A stretch of 64,000 nucleotides of DNA from Eledone cirrhosa (Eukaryota), in NCBI GenBank assembly GCA_964016885.1, contig OZ024752.1, positions 43,338,001-43,402,000 of the forward strand. Direction: 5' to 3'. Positions 37,201-50,040 of the stretch are shown here, piece by piece. The translations under genes and the position numbers were made by a program. How positions within the stretch are numbered: position 1 is the stretch's first letter; every line of letters begins with the position of its first letter. The notes under the pieces are model-generated. The model saw nothing but the letters and a program-made list of their open reading frames with translations. It made no database searches and had not been told where the DNA came from.

Positions 37201-39639
37201 ACATGCTTGTTATGAGTGAGGTCCGGGTGAGCTTAAGAAAGAGCAAGGCTACACCAACAGTATAATCTATGACTGGGGAACTTTCAAGGAACATAAGCTA
37301 CAGAAGAGGTTCACGGGAGAAGTGAGCAACAGGTTCAGTGCTCTTTGTAGAGAGTTTGACAAAGAGGTACGGCTACTTGAACAATGCAGTAGCAGAAGCA
37401 AGTGAGACACTGATGCTGAGGAGAAAGAAGAGGAAGCATGTCAGTTCTGCAGACCCAAAGGTGTGTGCAGCCTGCCAAGGACCAATTCTGTGCTGATCCT
37501 ATGGAGAGGATGGACACAGTGGAGGTGATGAGGGAAGCACTCTGTACCGCTTACACTGACGCCAGAGAGGAGGCACTAAAAGTGTTAAGAGAACGGTTGA
37601 CAGTTGGATGATCAACGAGATCACATGGAGGAAAGGTCAGATCAAGGAAACAGATCCAGAGGATAGGAAAAAGGAAATGGCTGGACCATTTTAGAACACA
37701 TCTATGAGATGCCCTCCACAGCCAAGAACACTGGGCAGATCAGGTGGCTGTTACAATAACTGCATATTGAGACAGGACCCTTTGCCAGAGAGGAGCTTCA
37801 GAGAGCAAAAAAAGAAGATAAAGGAGGGCAAGGCCCATGGAGAAAATCGAGTGGCATCAGGTCATGTAGAGTTGTGATTTTCATATCTTGCAGTTCTGTA
37901 AAAAGGGACTGGAGAAACGAGTTGCCCTGAACCAGTGGACGATCAGTAACTTCGTGCCACTGCCAAAGAAGGCAGATCTCTCTAACACCAACTACAGGGG
38001 GACCTCGCATGTGGCAAAGACCCCCAACAGGATGATTCTTAAGAGAATCCAGCCCTACATGGACAAAAAGCTCAAACAACCAGAACAGCTTCACAGATAA
38101 AGATCAACCAACGGTCACATCCTGATGCTGAGGAAGATATTTGAGGGAGCTAAAGCAAATTGCCTATAATTCTGTCGATCGTCACTGCCTGATCAAGATC
38201 TTGTGGAATACAAAAGTATCACTGCTCTACACGAACACTAAAGCCAAAGTCATTACACCCGATGGTTCTTCGAATTATTAGTTGGAGTGCTCCAAGGAAC
38301 TACACCCATTGTTCAGTGGCTAAATACAGTCAAAGAAAAATATAATTGCTTTTCTTTCTCAGAGAGTTAAGTCAGCGAAGGTAACACACCACTAACAAAA
38401 TCCCCTCTCCTACAAAAATGGTCAATGACCAATCCAGCAGATAAACAATTATATTAAGAAAAATAATTTCTTTTTAAACAAAGGACAATTACATATTTAC
38501 TGTTGAAGGCCTGTTTGTGGGCTTATGTAGAGTAATATAGATATAAATACATCAACGACAAACACTATATTGTCTCGCACTTTAAAGGATTCGCTTTTGC
38601 AATAAAACAGGGAATCGACATTATCCGATTCCCTAATATTTTATATTATATTGGCATCTGCTTGGCAGCGAACTCCAACTGCTGGGCCTGCATTCTTCTC
38701 TCTCTTGTCTGTTATGCTTGTACTTCATTGATTTTCACTGCAACAATCACCAACTACTCTTTCTATGTTTATTCTCGGGGATGTCTTTTCTACCCACTGC
38801 ATTCTTCACTACATCATGCACATTTTCCACAGCTGCTTCACATCGGTCACATCTACGATCTTAATTCTGAACAATTACCATAAATATATATTTTGTCTGC
38901 ATCAATCAGTTTGTCTTCGTTTCCTATTCTTATATTGCAAAAGCGTATCCAAAAAAAACAAAAAAAAAAACAATATAGCGTTTCCTCACCGTAACTATAT
39001 TACTTTCACTCTCCAGCTTCCTGGTAACATAACCATATATTAAGTTTTAATGCATGTGCCTACTTGTATACCGTAATTTCTGTCTATATTTATGAGGAAA
39101 GAGGATAGATATTGACAAGATGATATAAATATATATAGCTATTCAGTTTTATATATAACCCCCCCCCCCCCCCCACACACACACACACACTAACCACAAA
39201 CTAAAACTAAACCCAAATAATTCATCTAGAAATTAATGAACTCCGTCGTATCTGCTTCGAAATGATATTCAAACAAATAGAAACTAAAACTTACTATATC
39301 ACTAACGTGCTGCATTAAATAGACATGAAAAAACACCCGTCTCAATTTTACGATGAAAACCGATATAATAAATTAAGCTTAAGCTTAATTAGTAAAGTAG
39401 TCTTCAGCAGAAACAGACAAGGCATAAATTCAATGACAGTTTTATCAAACAACAAAATTTCTGGCTAAAACGGAAAATAAAATATTTTTATTAAAATATA
39501 CTAGAGTAATTTCCCTTTGCTAATTAGAATGTTGCATAAACAGATTTCTACGGTGATATAAACACAAACCCGATACACACCAACATATATATTATATTGT
39601 ATTTATATATTATATATATACATGTGTATATAGTACAGA

Positions 39640-39900
39640 CATTTATTACAAATACACACATAATACAGACACATACTACACACACATACTACACACACAT
39701 AATACACATATAATACAGATAATACACACATAATACGCACAGATAATACACACATAATACGCACAGATAATACACACATAATACGCACAGATAATACACA
39801 CATATAATACACATAATACGCACAGATAATACGCAGATAATACACACAGATAATACACACATAATACAGAGATAATACGCACAAATAGACACCTAATAGA
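39640..39900. repeat. 24-bp minisatellite / low-complexity repeat
   Basis: AATACACACATAATACGCACAGAT units. Confidence 0.8.
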
Positions 39901-40041
39901 CACAATACATACACATACACACATAATATACACACACACACACACATAATATATAGTAATAATAATAAATTTGAAAACTAAAATTAAAAAAGGGCTCGAT
40001 ATGGATACATATATATCAAATATATAAGAACCGTACAGCAA

Positions 40042-40175
40042 ATATATATTAAAATAACAGATTAAAGTTTAAGCAAAGAATCGCTGCTTTCAACCTTAAC
40101 GGGATCTTAAATGAATTTCAGAAGATCCCGTTAAGGGTGAAAGCAGCGATTCTTTGCTTAAACTTTAATCGGTTA

Positions 40176-40188
<13 letters not shown>
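40042..40188. mobile_element. ~67-bp-arm inverted repeat carrying a hammerhead-like fold (right arm complete, left arm core-truncated)
   Basis: 40042-40108 is the reverse complement of 40122-40188; solo copy at 52670-52735. Confidence 0.75.
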
Positions 40189-40257
<69 letters not shown>

Positions 40258-40445
40258 AATAAATAAATAAATAAATATATAAATATAAAAATTTCAGGTT
40301 ATCATTTAATATAAACTGTTATAGATAAAATGAGATTTCTTAATTCAATTCCCTAATGCATATACCAGCTGGCTACTAGCATTGATGTTATTCAGTAGCA
40401 GTCGAAATCTCCCCCTTCCTTAATTGACACTTTATAGTTAATACT

Positions 40446-40559
40446 TGTTTCTACTTTAGGCACAAGGCCAGCAATTACCCAGTGCATTACTAGTACTTTA
40501 TTTTATCGACCCCGTAAGGATGAAAGGCAAAGTCAACCTCGGCGGGATTTGAGGTTGAC
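40446..40559 (-). mobile_element. 5'-truncated copy of the Nin-like SINE with an 11-bp TSD
   Basis: TAGTTAATACT at 40435 and 40560. Confidence 0.85.
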
Positions 40560-40974
40560 TAGTTAATACTACTACACCAAATGACCAGCCCTGTCCATTG
40601 TTCAATTGGTCAAGTATAGATTAAAATAGGCACTCCCAAAAATTCTTATTTAGATAAAATAAACCATTTACTCATTGTATTCTCATTAAAACCCATTTAT
40701 ATACTTGTTTAGCAGTAAATTGAATTACCATCTGTCATATACTTCTCTTCCTCTATTACAACTAATATAAATAGTTCAATTTTTCTGATTTTTTTCAATT
40801 TATCCAAAATCTCTGAAGTGACAACTGATTATACATTTGGTATCGAATACTTGCTAACATTATATGATTACGCAAGCAGCGATACATAGGTATTTCGTCT
40901 GTTACAGAAACATGTCGATACCTAATAAATTCCTTTTTTTTAAAAAAGCACTTTCATTTTATATTCATCTTTTC

Positions 40975-42610
<1,636 letters not shown>

Positions 42611-43227
42611 ACACACACACGTTTCATAAGCTACTATATATATATACATATTTAAAAAAATTGGTTGGCTGGTATAACCTAACGTAAAAAAATAAATAAA
42701 AAAATTCTATCCAAAAATGAGAGCTTTGTGGCAGAGAAGAATTGAACAGGGACAAATTTTTAGGAGAATCTGGAATAAAAATATTCTAATGGTGCATTTT
42801 ATATTTTATATTCTCTAAATTACAAGTGAACAAAATTAACGTTAATCTAACTATAACGTATTACTGCTACTTTATTGGATAAACAATACTGAGTCAGCTT
42901 TTATAAGTCTTTTGAAAACCGAGAACAGAGACAATACCAACCATGTGAATTCAACACATTTTTCCAGATAAATCTTTAAAAACAATTTTTACCTCCCCAC
43001 CCCCACATAATCTCATCAACACACATATTATACATATATATACATATATATCTTTCATTTTCTCCCTTAATCACTAGCAAATACCAACTCCTCCAGTTCT
43101 AAAAATAGAAAATTCTTCCAGAAAGATAGACAGAGAAAAATGAGAGAAGAGAGGAACCCAGTATTTGACTGGTACTTTTATTCAGAAAAAGATAATTGCG
43201 AGAAAACTATAGATAGGAAGAATTCAC

Positions 43228-43340
43228 CCCAGCATTTCACTGGTACTTTTTTTTATCCAACGGAAGGAAGAAAGGCAAAGTTGACCTTGGCAGGATTTAA
43301 ACTCAGAGAGCATAGAAATAAAAACGAATACTCCAAGGTA
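43228..43340 (-). mobile_element. Old Nin-like SINE fragment (similar relic at ~15300-15400)
   Basis: ACTGGTACTTT...GAAAGGCAAAGTTGACCTTGGCAGGATTTAAACTCAGAG. Confidence 0.6.
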
Positions 43341-43647
43341 TTCGAATAACTGCAACCTTATATATATATATATATATATAACAATTGTATATATATGTGT
43401 GTGTGTATATACAACAATATGATGAAATTAATTAAATCGAAAATGTTACCCCGATTAAAATACAAAAACATAACTATAAAAGCTTTTTTTTTTAAAGAAA
43501 TTAATTGAATTGAATTTTTTTTAAAGAAATAAATGAAATTGAACTTTTTTTTTAAAGAAATAAGTTAAATTGAATTCTTTTTTTTTAAAGAAATATAAAT
43601 TAAATTTTTTTTTTTTTTAAAATAAATTAAATATAAATCGGACTGAC

Positions 43648-43793
43648 CTGTGGGACTTTTCTTCTCAGTCCCAGGAGTGAACGCTGTGGTTGGTTTTCGG
43701 CGTATCTCTGAGCAGCCCTAAGAAGGGCTTAACGCATACCCACGTTGAAAGGACGCATGAGAATACTGTGTAGTCATCTTTCAAAATCAGTGG
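43648..43793 (-). other. Candidate 146-bp spliced exon with stops in all frames
   Basis: Acceptor CATATTTTTCATTTCAG|, donor CAG|GTCAGT; GC-richer island in AT-rich DNA. Confidence 0.4.
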
Positions 43794-44062
43794 CTGAAAT
43801 GAAAAATATGAAAAACGGGACTTGTATTTATAAGGAAAACAAAGTGACAGTAACTCACACATACTCACTCACGCACACACACACACATGTATCTATGTAT
43901 GTATGTATGTATGTATGTGGTTTTGCCGCCAAAAGATTACCAAAGTTTGTGAGTGTGTATGTGTGTAACAACAACAACAACAACAACCGAACAATAGCAA
44001 CAAATAATAAAACAAAATTTATTATTCTATGAAGAAATTTAATATTTTGATCAAACAATGTG

Positions 44063-44101
<39 letters not shown>

Positions 44102-44193
44102 AAGATGTATGACCCCGACGGCAGAGCTCAAGCCGTTTCGACGGCTATCTCTGGTGCATTATGGTCCATCTGGTTCCTTAACACAACTCCGTA

Positions 44194-44225
<32 letters not shown>

Positions 44226-44618
44226 AGAAGTTGTATTTAATTTGTTGCAAGTCCGACAAACAAATGTTTATAACTGATTTAGAGCACTCAACAGTTTACT
44301 GGAGTAAATATTTCGTGATATTAAATAAATGGAAACTATATTTATAAAACCATATTTATTTTATTATATATATTTCAAGGCCAACCAAGACAAGCTTGGT
44401 GCACTTTCATCAAATAAAATACAAAAGTTTATTTTGCTTTCCAACCGATAAGATTTGCCTTTCATGGATACGTCTTTATTGATATATATATATCTATATA
44501 TGTGTGTGTGTGTGTGTGTAGATATATAGAAAAATATATTAAAGGCGGTACCCCAGCATGACCTCAGCAAAATGGCTGGGACAAGTAAAAGAGTAAAACA
44601 ATATACATATATATAATA

Positions 44619-45410
44619 CTAGCAGTGGTACCCGGCGTTGCACGGGATAAGTTATTTTGACCTAATCGTAGAAAAACTGCATGCCTGGACAATATGTAAA
44701 GAAAATAAACCGAATGCTCTGATGCAATTAGTATTAGGTATGCTTTTCCTTCCACGTGAAGAAAATCGGCTAAGTGCTTTTGTACTTTAATAAAGTGGCA
44801 GGAGTCAGCAGGACAGATGTCACCACTTATATCAGAGGGAAGTCTGCAATGCTTGAGCAAGGCATGACGTGCAATCGGACAGCATATGGAGCCTTCTCGA
44901 ACCAGTCCACCGCACCTTCACAAACGTTTACCAAACAGTGGGTATAATTTAACAATTTTACAGAGGAGTGGTGCAATAAAATGGGCCTTGAGGCGTGTGC
45001 GTGTTCACTCGCCACCCGAAACCAAAGGGTCGCCATCAGTTATTTCAAGGGCCCTTATAATGGATTTGTAAGCCGTTCACTGACACTCCAGTAACTACGG
45101 GTAACAATCAACAATTTCAAGTGGTGACCATAAAAAGGGCCATGTGAACGTTCTCTTAATAGTAACTTTCACTGCGTTCTCTGACATTTGGAGGGTGTTA
45201 CGGTTGCTTCCACTGGTAGCCTTTACAATGAATCAATGCGTTTGCGGCCCATTTAACAGCCATACATTGACGCGCCGAGTGCGATGCAGACAGCTAGACA
45301 TACAGACATATTATAAGGGCGCGGTGTAAAGTTTGAAAACAGTCGGTTGGGTGCTTCTCGAGGTTTAGGGATTCAAACTCACACAGACATCCTTAGTTTT
45401 ATATATATAT
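44619..45410 (-). mobile_element. Non-autonomous Helitron, same end family as 22840-23473
   Basis: Identical CTAGCAGTGGTACCCGGCGTTGCAC end; shared AGACATACAGA...TAAGGGCGCG and TGTAAAGTTTGAAAACAGTC blocks. Confidence 0.75.
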
Positions 45411-45720
45411 ATACCATATGATACGTTCTACCTTGCAATCCACAATGACAAGAAACCTTGTAAATACAATGTCGATCATATCACACCATCTCCACCACCA
45501 CACCACACATCGTCATGTGCATACCATACACGCCTACATCCTCATCCCCCCATGTTCCCTCTATCTACCCTAACTTGCAACCCCACGTTAAATTCGATCC
45601 TGTAACTGTACTGTCGCACGCACACACAACCACCGCCACCACTAAATACATCCACATACTTCAACAATCATCATCAACACATATCACTCGATCCCAAATC
45701 GACTGTATTATATACCCCCC

Positions 45721-45907
45721 AGGGTGGGGGGTTGGCAGTCTCGGTAGAGGGTCGGACGCCATGCTTTCAAACATAGTTACGTCCCTTTACGATCTGAGTT
45801 CAAATCCCGCCTAGGTTGACTTTGCCTTTCATCCTTACGGGGGTCGATAAAATAAAGTACCAGTAATACACTGGCTATTTGCTGGCCTTGTGCCTAAAGT
45901 AGAAACA
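45721..45907 (+). mobile_element. Full-length Nin-like SINE with a 13-bp TSD
   Basis: Same family as 34046-34231; ATTATATACCCCC at 45707 and 45908. Confidence 0.88.
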
Positions 45908-46514
45908 ATTATATACCCCCACCCCCCCGTATGCCTACCATATAACACACCGTAACCTCTGATCATGTAATCATCTTGCCGAACATATCACCCCAGCACC
46001 ACCACCATCACCATGTCCACAACACACATGGCCGTACGTCCATAAACGCTTTTCCCCCCGCGTTCCCTATCTCACCTCTTAACCGGTATTCGATCCGGTA
46101 TATATATTTTTGTCCCTCACAACTCCATCCACCACCACCACCACAAAACACAACTCCATACTTCACCAACACCGACAAAACATACCTCCACTCCCCAACC
46201 AACAATAGTGTGTGTGTCTGTGTGTAAGTATTTTACTCATACGGGCGTTTTAAGTGTGCGTGCGTGTACGCAAATTTATCTGTATGTGTGTGTGTGTGTG
46301 TATGTGAACACATGTATATACATATGTCTATGTGTGTGTATATATATATATATCTGTATATATATATATGTGTATGCATATGTGTATGTGTGTGTATATA
46401 TGTATGTGTGTGTACGTCTACATATATGTATATGGGTAAATCTGACTATGTGTAGGTGAGCTCATATATGTGCATGTATGTATATATGTGCGTGTATGTG
46501 TGTGTTGTCGGTAC

Positions 46515-46552
<38 letters not shown>

Positions 46553-47829
46553 ATATATATATATATATGTGTGTGAGTATACGTGTGTGGGAGTGTGTAT
46601 GTGTATATCTTGCATACATGAGTGTGAGTCCTTCCCCCCATCTCTGTCGTTCGCCACCCCCACCGATACTCCACCACTCTCCATATTCGTGTCCGCATGC
46701 GCGCATGCACATACATGTGTGTACATATACATATGGCTGTGTGTGAGCGTATGCCGATATGTGTGGGCAAGGATGTGCGTATGTGTCTTATGTTGTGTGT
46801 GTTTATACAACAATATATGTGCACATATATACATATATGTGTGTACGTATACGTATATACAAGATATCTGTCAGACGAAGAGCGTCTATGTATCTATGTA
46901 AGGTCCTGACGCCACCAATACATCCACCACACCACCAAAAACGCCGCTACCATAGACAAAGGCGCCACTACCACACGCCAACCCGTCTACAGACAGTTCA
47001 CTAACCTCACACCACAACCCATCCCACTAAATAACCTTAACCACCACCATATCTTCACATCCACACCAACATACTCGACACGCCAAGGCCAACCCACCAC
47101 CACCACCACAGACCGTCACCAACATCTCACCATCACACCCACCCCCCATATACACTACAGGCCAGTACATCGTCTTGATCCTTCTCACCAATCAAAACAT
47201 CTCATTTTGTCAAACTCTTGAAACTCTGACTTTACCACATAGCATGTATTTCATTTTCTTATAGCATTTTAAGAGGGTCCGTCGAGCTGCCGATTATTGA
47301 GTCGGGTAGGATCGATATAGATCGAACCTTGAGCTGATCAGTGGCGAAACGCGCGTCAAATATCAATAAATGCAATGAAGGAATAATCAACACTACAACT
47401 ACCATCATGAAAATTGCCAATGGTGTCAGAAAATATATATATCTCTGTATTGAGTATGAGGGGTGGGGGAGATTACGGCTGTCATCTCATTTTCTTTCAT
47501 CAAGGCTAAGTCATGTCGGGTTTGAAAACGTAGTTCAAATGATGGCGGTGGTAGCGAGTGTTGTTGGTGTGGTGGTTTGGTGGCGGTGTGGTGTCGTAGT
47601 GGTGGCGTAGTGGTGGTGAAATATAAACCACGTGGAGTGGAACAAATATAATGAAATAAATAAATATATATATACAAATACATACATACACATACATACA
47701 TACACATACATACATACATACATACACATACATACACATACATACATACATACATACATACATACATACATACATACATACATACATACATACATACATA
47801 CATACATACACACATACACACATACATGT

Positions 47830-49010
47830 AGGTGATCTCTTTCTCTTAATTTCGAATATATTTTTTGACCGGTCACCTTCCTGGTGGCAAGGTTGTAAAA
47901 GAAAAGAAATTGTCATCCCTTGAATCGCAAGAATGTTTTGCAAATTTTGAAGGTGCCAACTATCGCAGCCACTTGTAGACTGAATTAGGGAGCTGCGCTC
48001 TTTGTCAGCAAATCCAAGTTCAGTCATACTTTGGTCCAAGCGGGTTGGTATATAACCCGTAGCTCCAATAATGATGGGTATGAAGCTAAAGGTGTATTTT
48101 GGATACTGGATTTGTAAACTCCTCATCAATGGTCCGTAGATGTCCTCCTCCTCCTGTATTTTTCTGACAACGTTTACATCAAGTGGGCAGCTGATCTCCA
48201 CAACACAACACGTTTTCAATGGGTGGTCCCAAACAACAATATCAGGCCGGTTGTGCTTTAATTTGGTGGCAGTTTTTATTTTCAGGTTCCACCAGTATTC
48301 CTTAGTGCCATCTGTCTCGATATATTCTTCCTCGTTTGTTGTTAATTTTGTTTTCCAAAGTGCGTTCCAGATGGTTCTAGCTATCCCATCGTGTCTCATG
48401 GGGAGGTAGTAGCGAGATGACATTCTTTCGCAGCTGGCAACAATGTCGCTTACATCTTCAATCTTTGTTTTACATAAGCCTACGTTTATTGTCAGCTGAT
48501 GTCCCTCCTCTTTTGTGCAGCAGATATTTGGTAGGGAGTTCTTGTTACTGTATTGCATAGAGATATCCCTCAAGGTGTCATGTCATAAACTTGTCGGAAC
48601 TCCATGCCAGGCTTTTTGAGTGGTTTATCACCTCTATGGTCTGTGTTTTACGTCTCAAGTATACGTGCACAACTTTTTCTGTAAATTGGTCAATTTTTTC
48701 ATCTTCTTTGAACAGTGAATAGGATCTTCCGATTTCTCTGGGTGAGAGATTTATATCAGGCTTTATTCCATATCTCTCCTCCAGATCAGTGGCTATCCTA
48801 ATGATATTTTTTTTTTCATGCTCATAAACCTGGGCCATAAAACTTTTCCTCTGTTGAAGATGTTGCTTCAGTGTTACTATCCGGGTGTCATATGATGTTA
48901 ATATGGATTTTAGACCCCGGCCACCTTCCTTGCATGACAAGTACAGCCTATCCACATAACCAAAGTTCCCAGTAACACTGACAAGTTTTCGAGTTCTAAC
49001 ATCTATCTCT
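47830..49010 (-). mobile_element. R4/Dong-like non-LTR retrotransposon 3' fragment (restriction-like endonuclease)
   Basis: DRLYL..KEGGRGL; degenerate CCHC then RHD; RPDIVVWD...VVEISCPLD.N...K; abuts (CATA)n at 47670-47828. Confidence 0.8.
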
Positions 49011-49064
49011 CTTAAGTATGTGATATTTACATCTCAAATGATATATATATACAGGGTGTTTCCA

Positions 49065-49888
49065 AAAATGTGTAAAGTTTATTCCGAGTTCAATCACAGC
49101 TAACAACAGTAAGTAAGGTACTCAATTCATAACAGAGTATAAATATTTAATATAGTAATGACTTCTACATGACTATAACTGTTTCATTCAGGAGAATTAT
49201 ATACGTGCGTGCGTGTGTTTTAATGACCATATACATACATCCCTCCCCTCAAACAGTCCTTCAATGTCTGGTTCCGGTTTCTCATCATTGTCAAGTCACA
49301 CCTTAGCACGTTTTGTATTGAGAAGTGTCCATCCAATTCACAGTACTTGGATCCGATACTGTGCTGCCGCTGTGAAAGGGGTTTCGAGCGGCCAACTGGA
49401 CTGTCACTTCTCATAACAGTGCAATCTAGTCCCAGGCTGCCACGGTCGTCTTTCGTATTGAGAAGTATCCATCGCGGGGAGAGGGCCCGGCTCCGAAATT
49501 GGGGTGCCGCTGTGAGAAGGATTCGGTGCGGCAAACTGGCCTCTTCCTCCTCATAATGATATCACTGGTCACTTCGCATAGTTGTGCCATCCAACGCCAT
49601 GCTCCAAAACTGGCTGTCGCTACATTGTCAGCTGTAAAATACTCAGCCGAAAAGAGTGTTTGGGACATAAAGGTTTTTAGATAAATATAAACACTTAGAG
49701 CGTGATTCTCGGGGAGATTCAGCATCAAACATTCATCTATATATACCACAGACAAATTATATATATAATATACAGTTCTACTCCTGCAGAAGACATTTCT
49801 AGATTCAATATTTATACTCTGCTATGTATTGAGTACCTTACTGTGGTTACCCCAGATTGAACCTGGGACCAACTCACACACACATTTT
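49065..49888. mobile_element. Element bounded by ~120-bp diverged inverted repeats
   Basis: AGTAAGGTACTCAATTCATAACAGAGTATAAATATT (49112) vs AATATTTATACTCTGCTATGTATTGAGTACCTTACT (49807). Confidence 0.6.
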
Positions 49889-49949
49889 TATATATACACC
49901 TACCCATACACATGCACTCAGTTTGACATACGCACAGATACATTCTGAT

Positions 49950-50040
49950 ATAATGGCTGCGGTTAAAGATCGGAAGTAGGGTGTATGTCAGAAATTAGAT
50001 TCTTTTATTGTTAACAAAGAACAAAGAACATGGCGGTAAA
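49950..50040 (+). promoter_or_regulatory. Possible promoter / first micro-exon
   Basis: ETS-like CGGAAGT (49971); YY1/Kozak-like AACATGGCG followed by GTAAAT (50030-50041). Confidence 0.3.

Larger units (their letters stand above)
23761..39600. repeat. Subtelomeric tandem array: three complete ~4.5-5.3-kb units plus a partial fourth
   Basis: Marker CATCAACGACAAACACTATA at 23761, 29082, 33581 and 38550; paralogous ORFs 26280/31640/35896. Confidence 0.92.

Noticed and set aside
23761-38549. Telomere-maintaining retrotransposon array (HeT-A/TART/TRAS/SART-like)
   Set aside because: LINE pieces are dead, permuted, share lesions and are not inserted in telomeric repeats; a long canonical TTAGGG tract is present
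44982-45035. CGAAACC-AAAG-GGTC hammerhead-like half
   Set aside because: Upstream core (CTTGAGGC) does not fit the consensus; single copy
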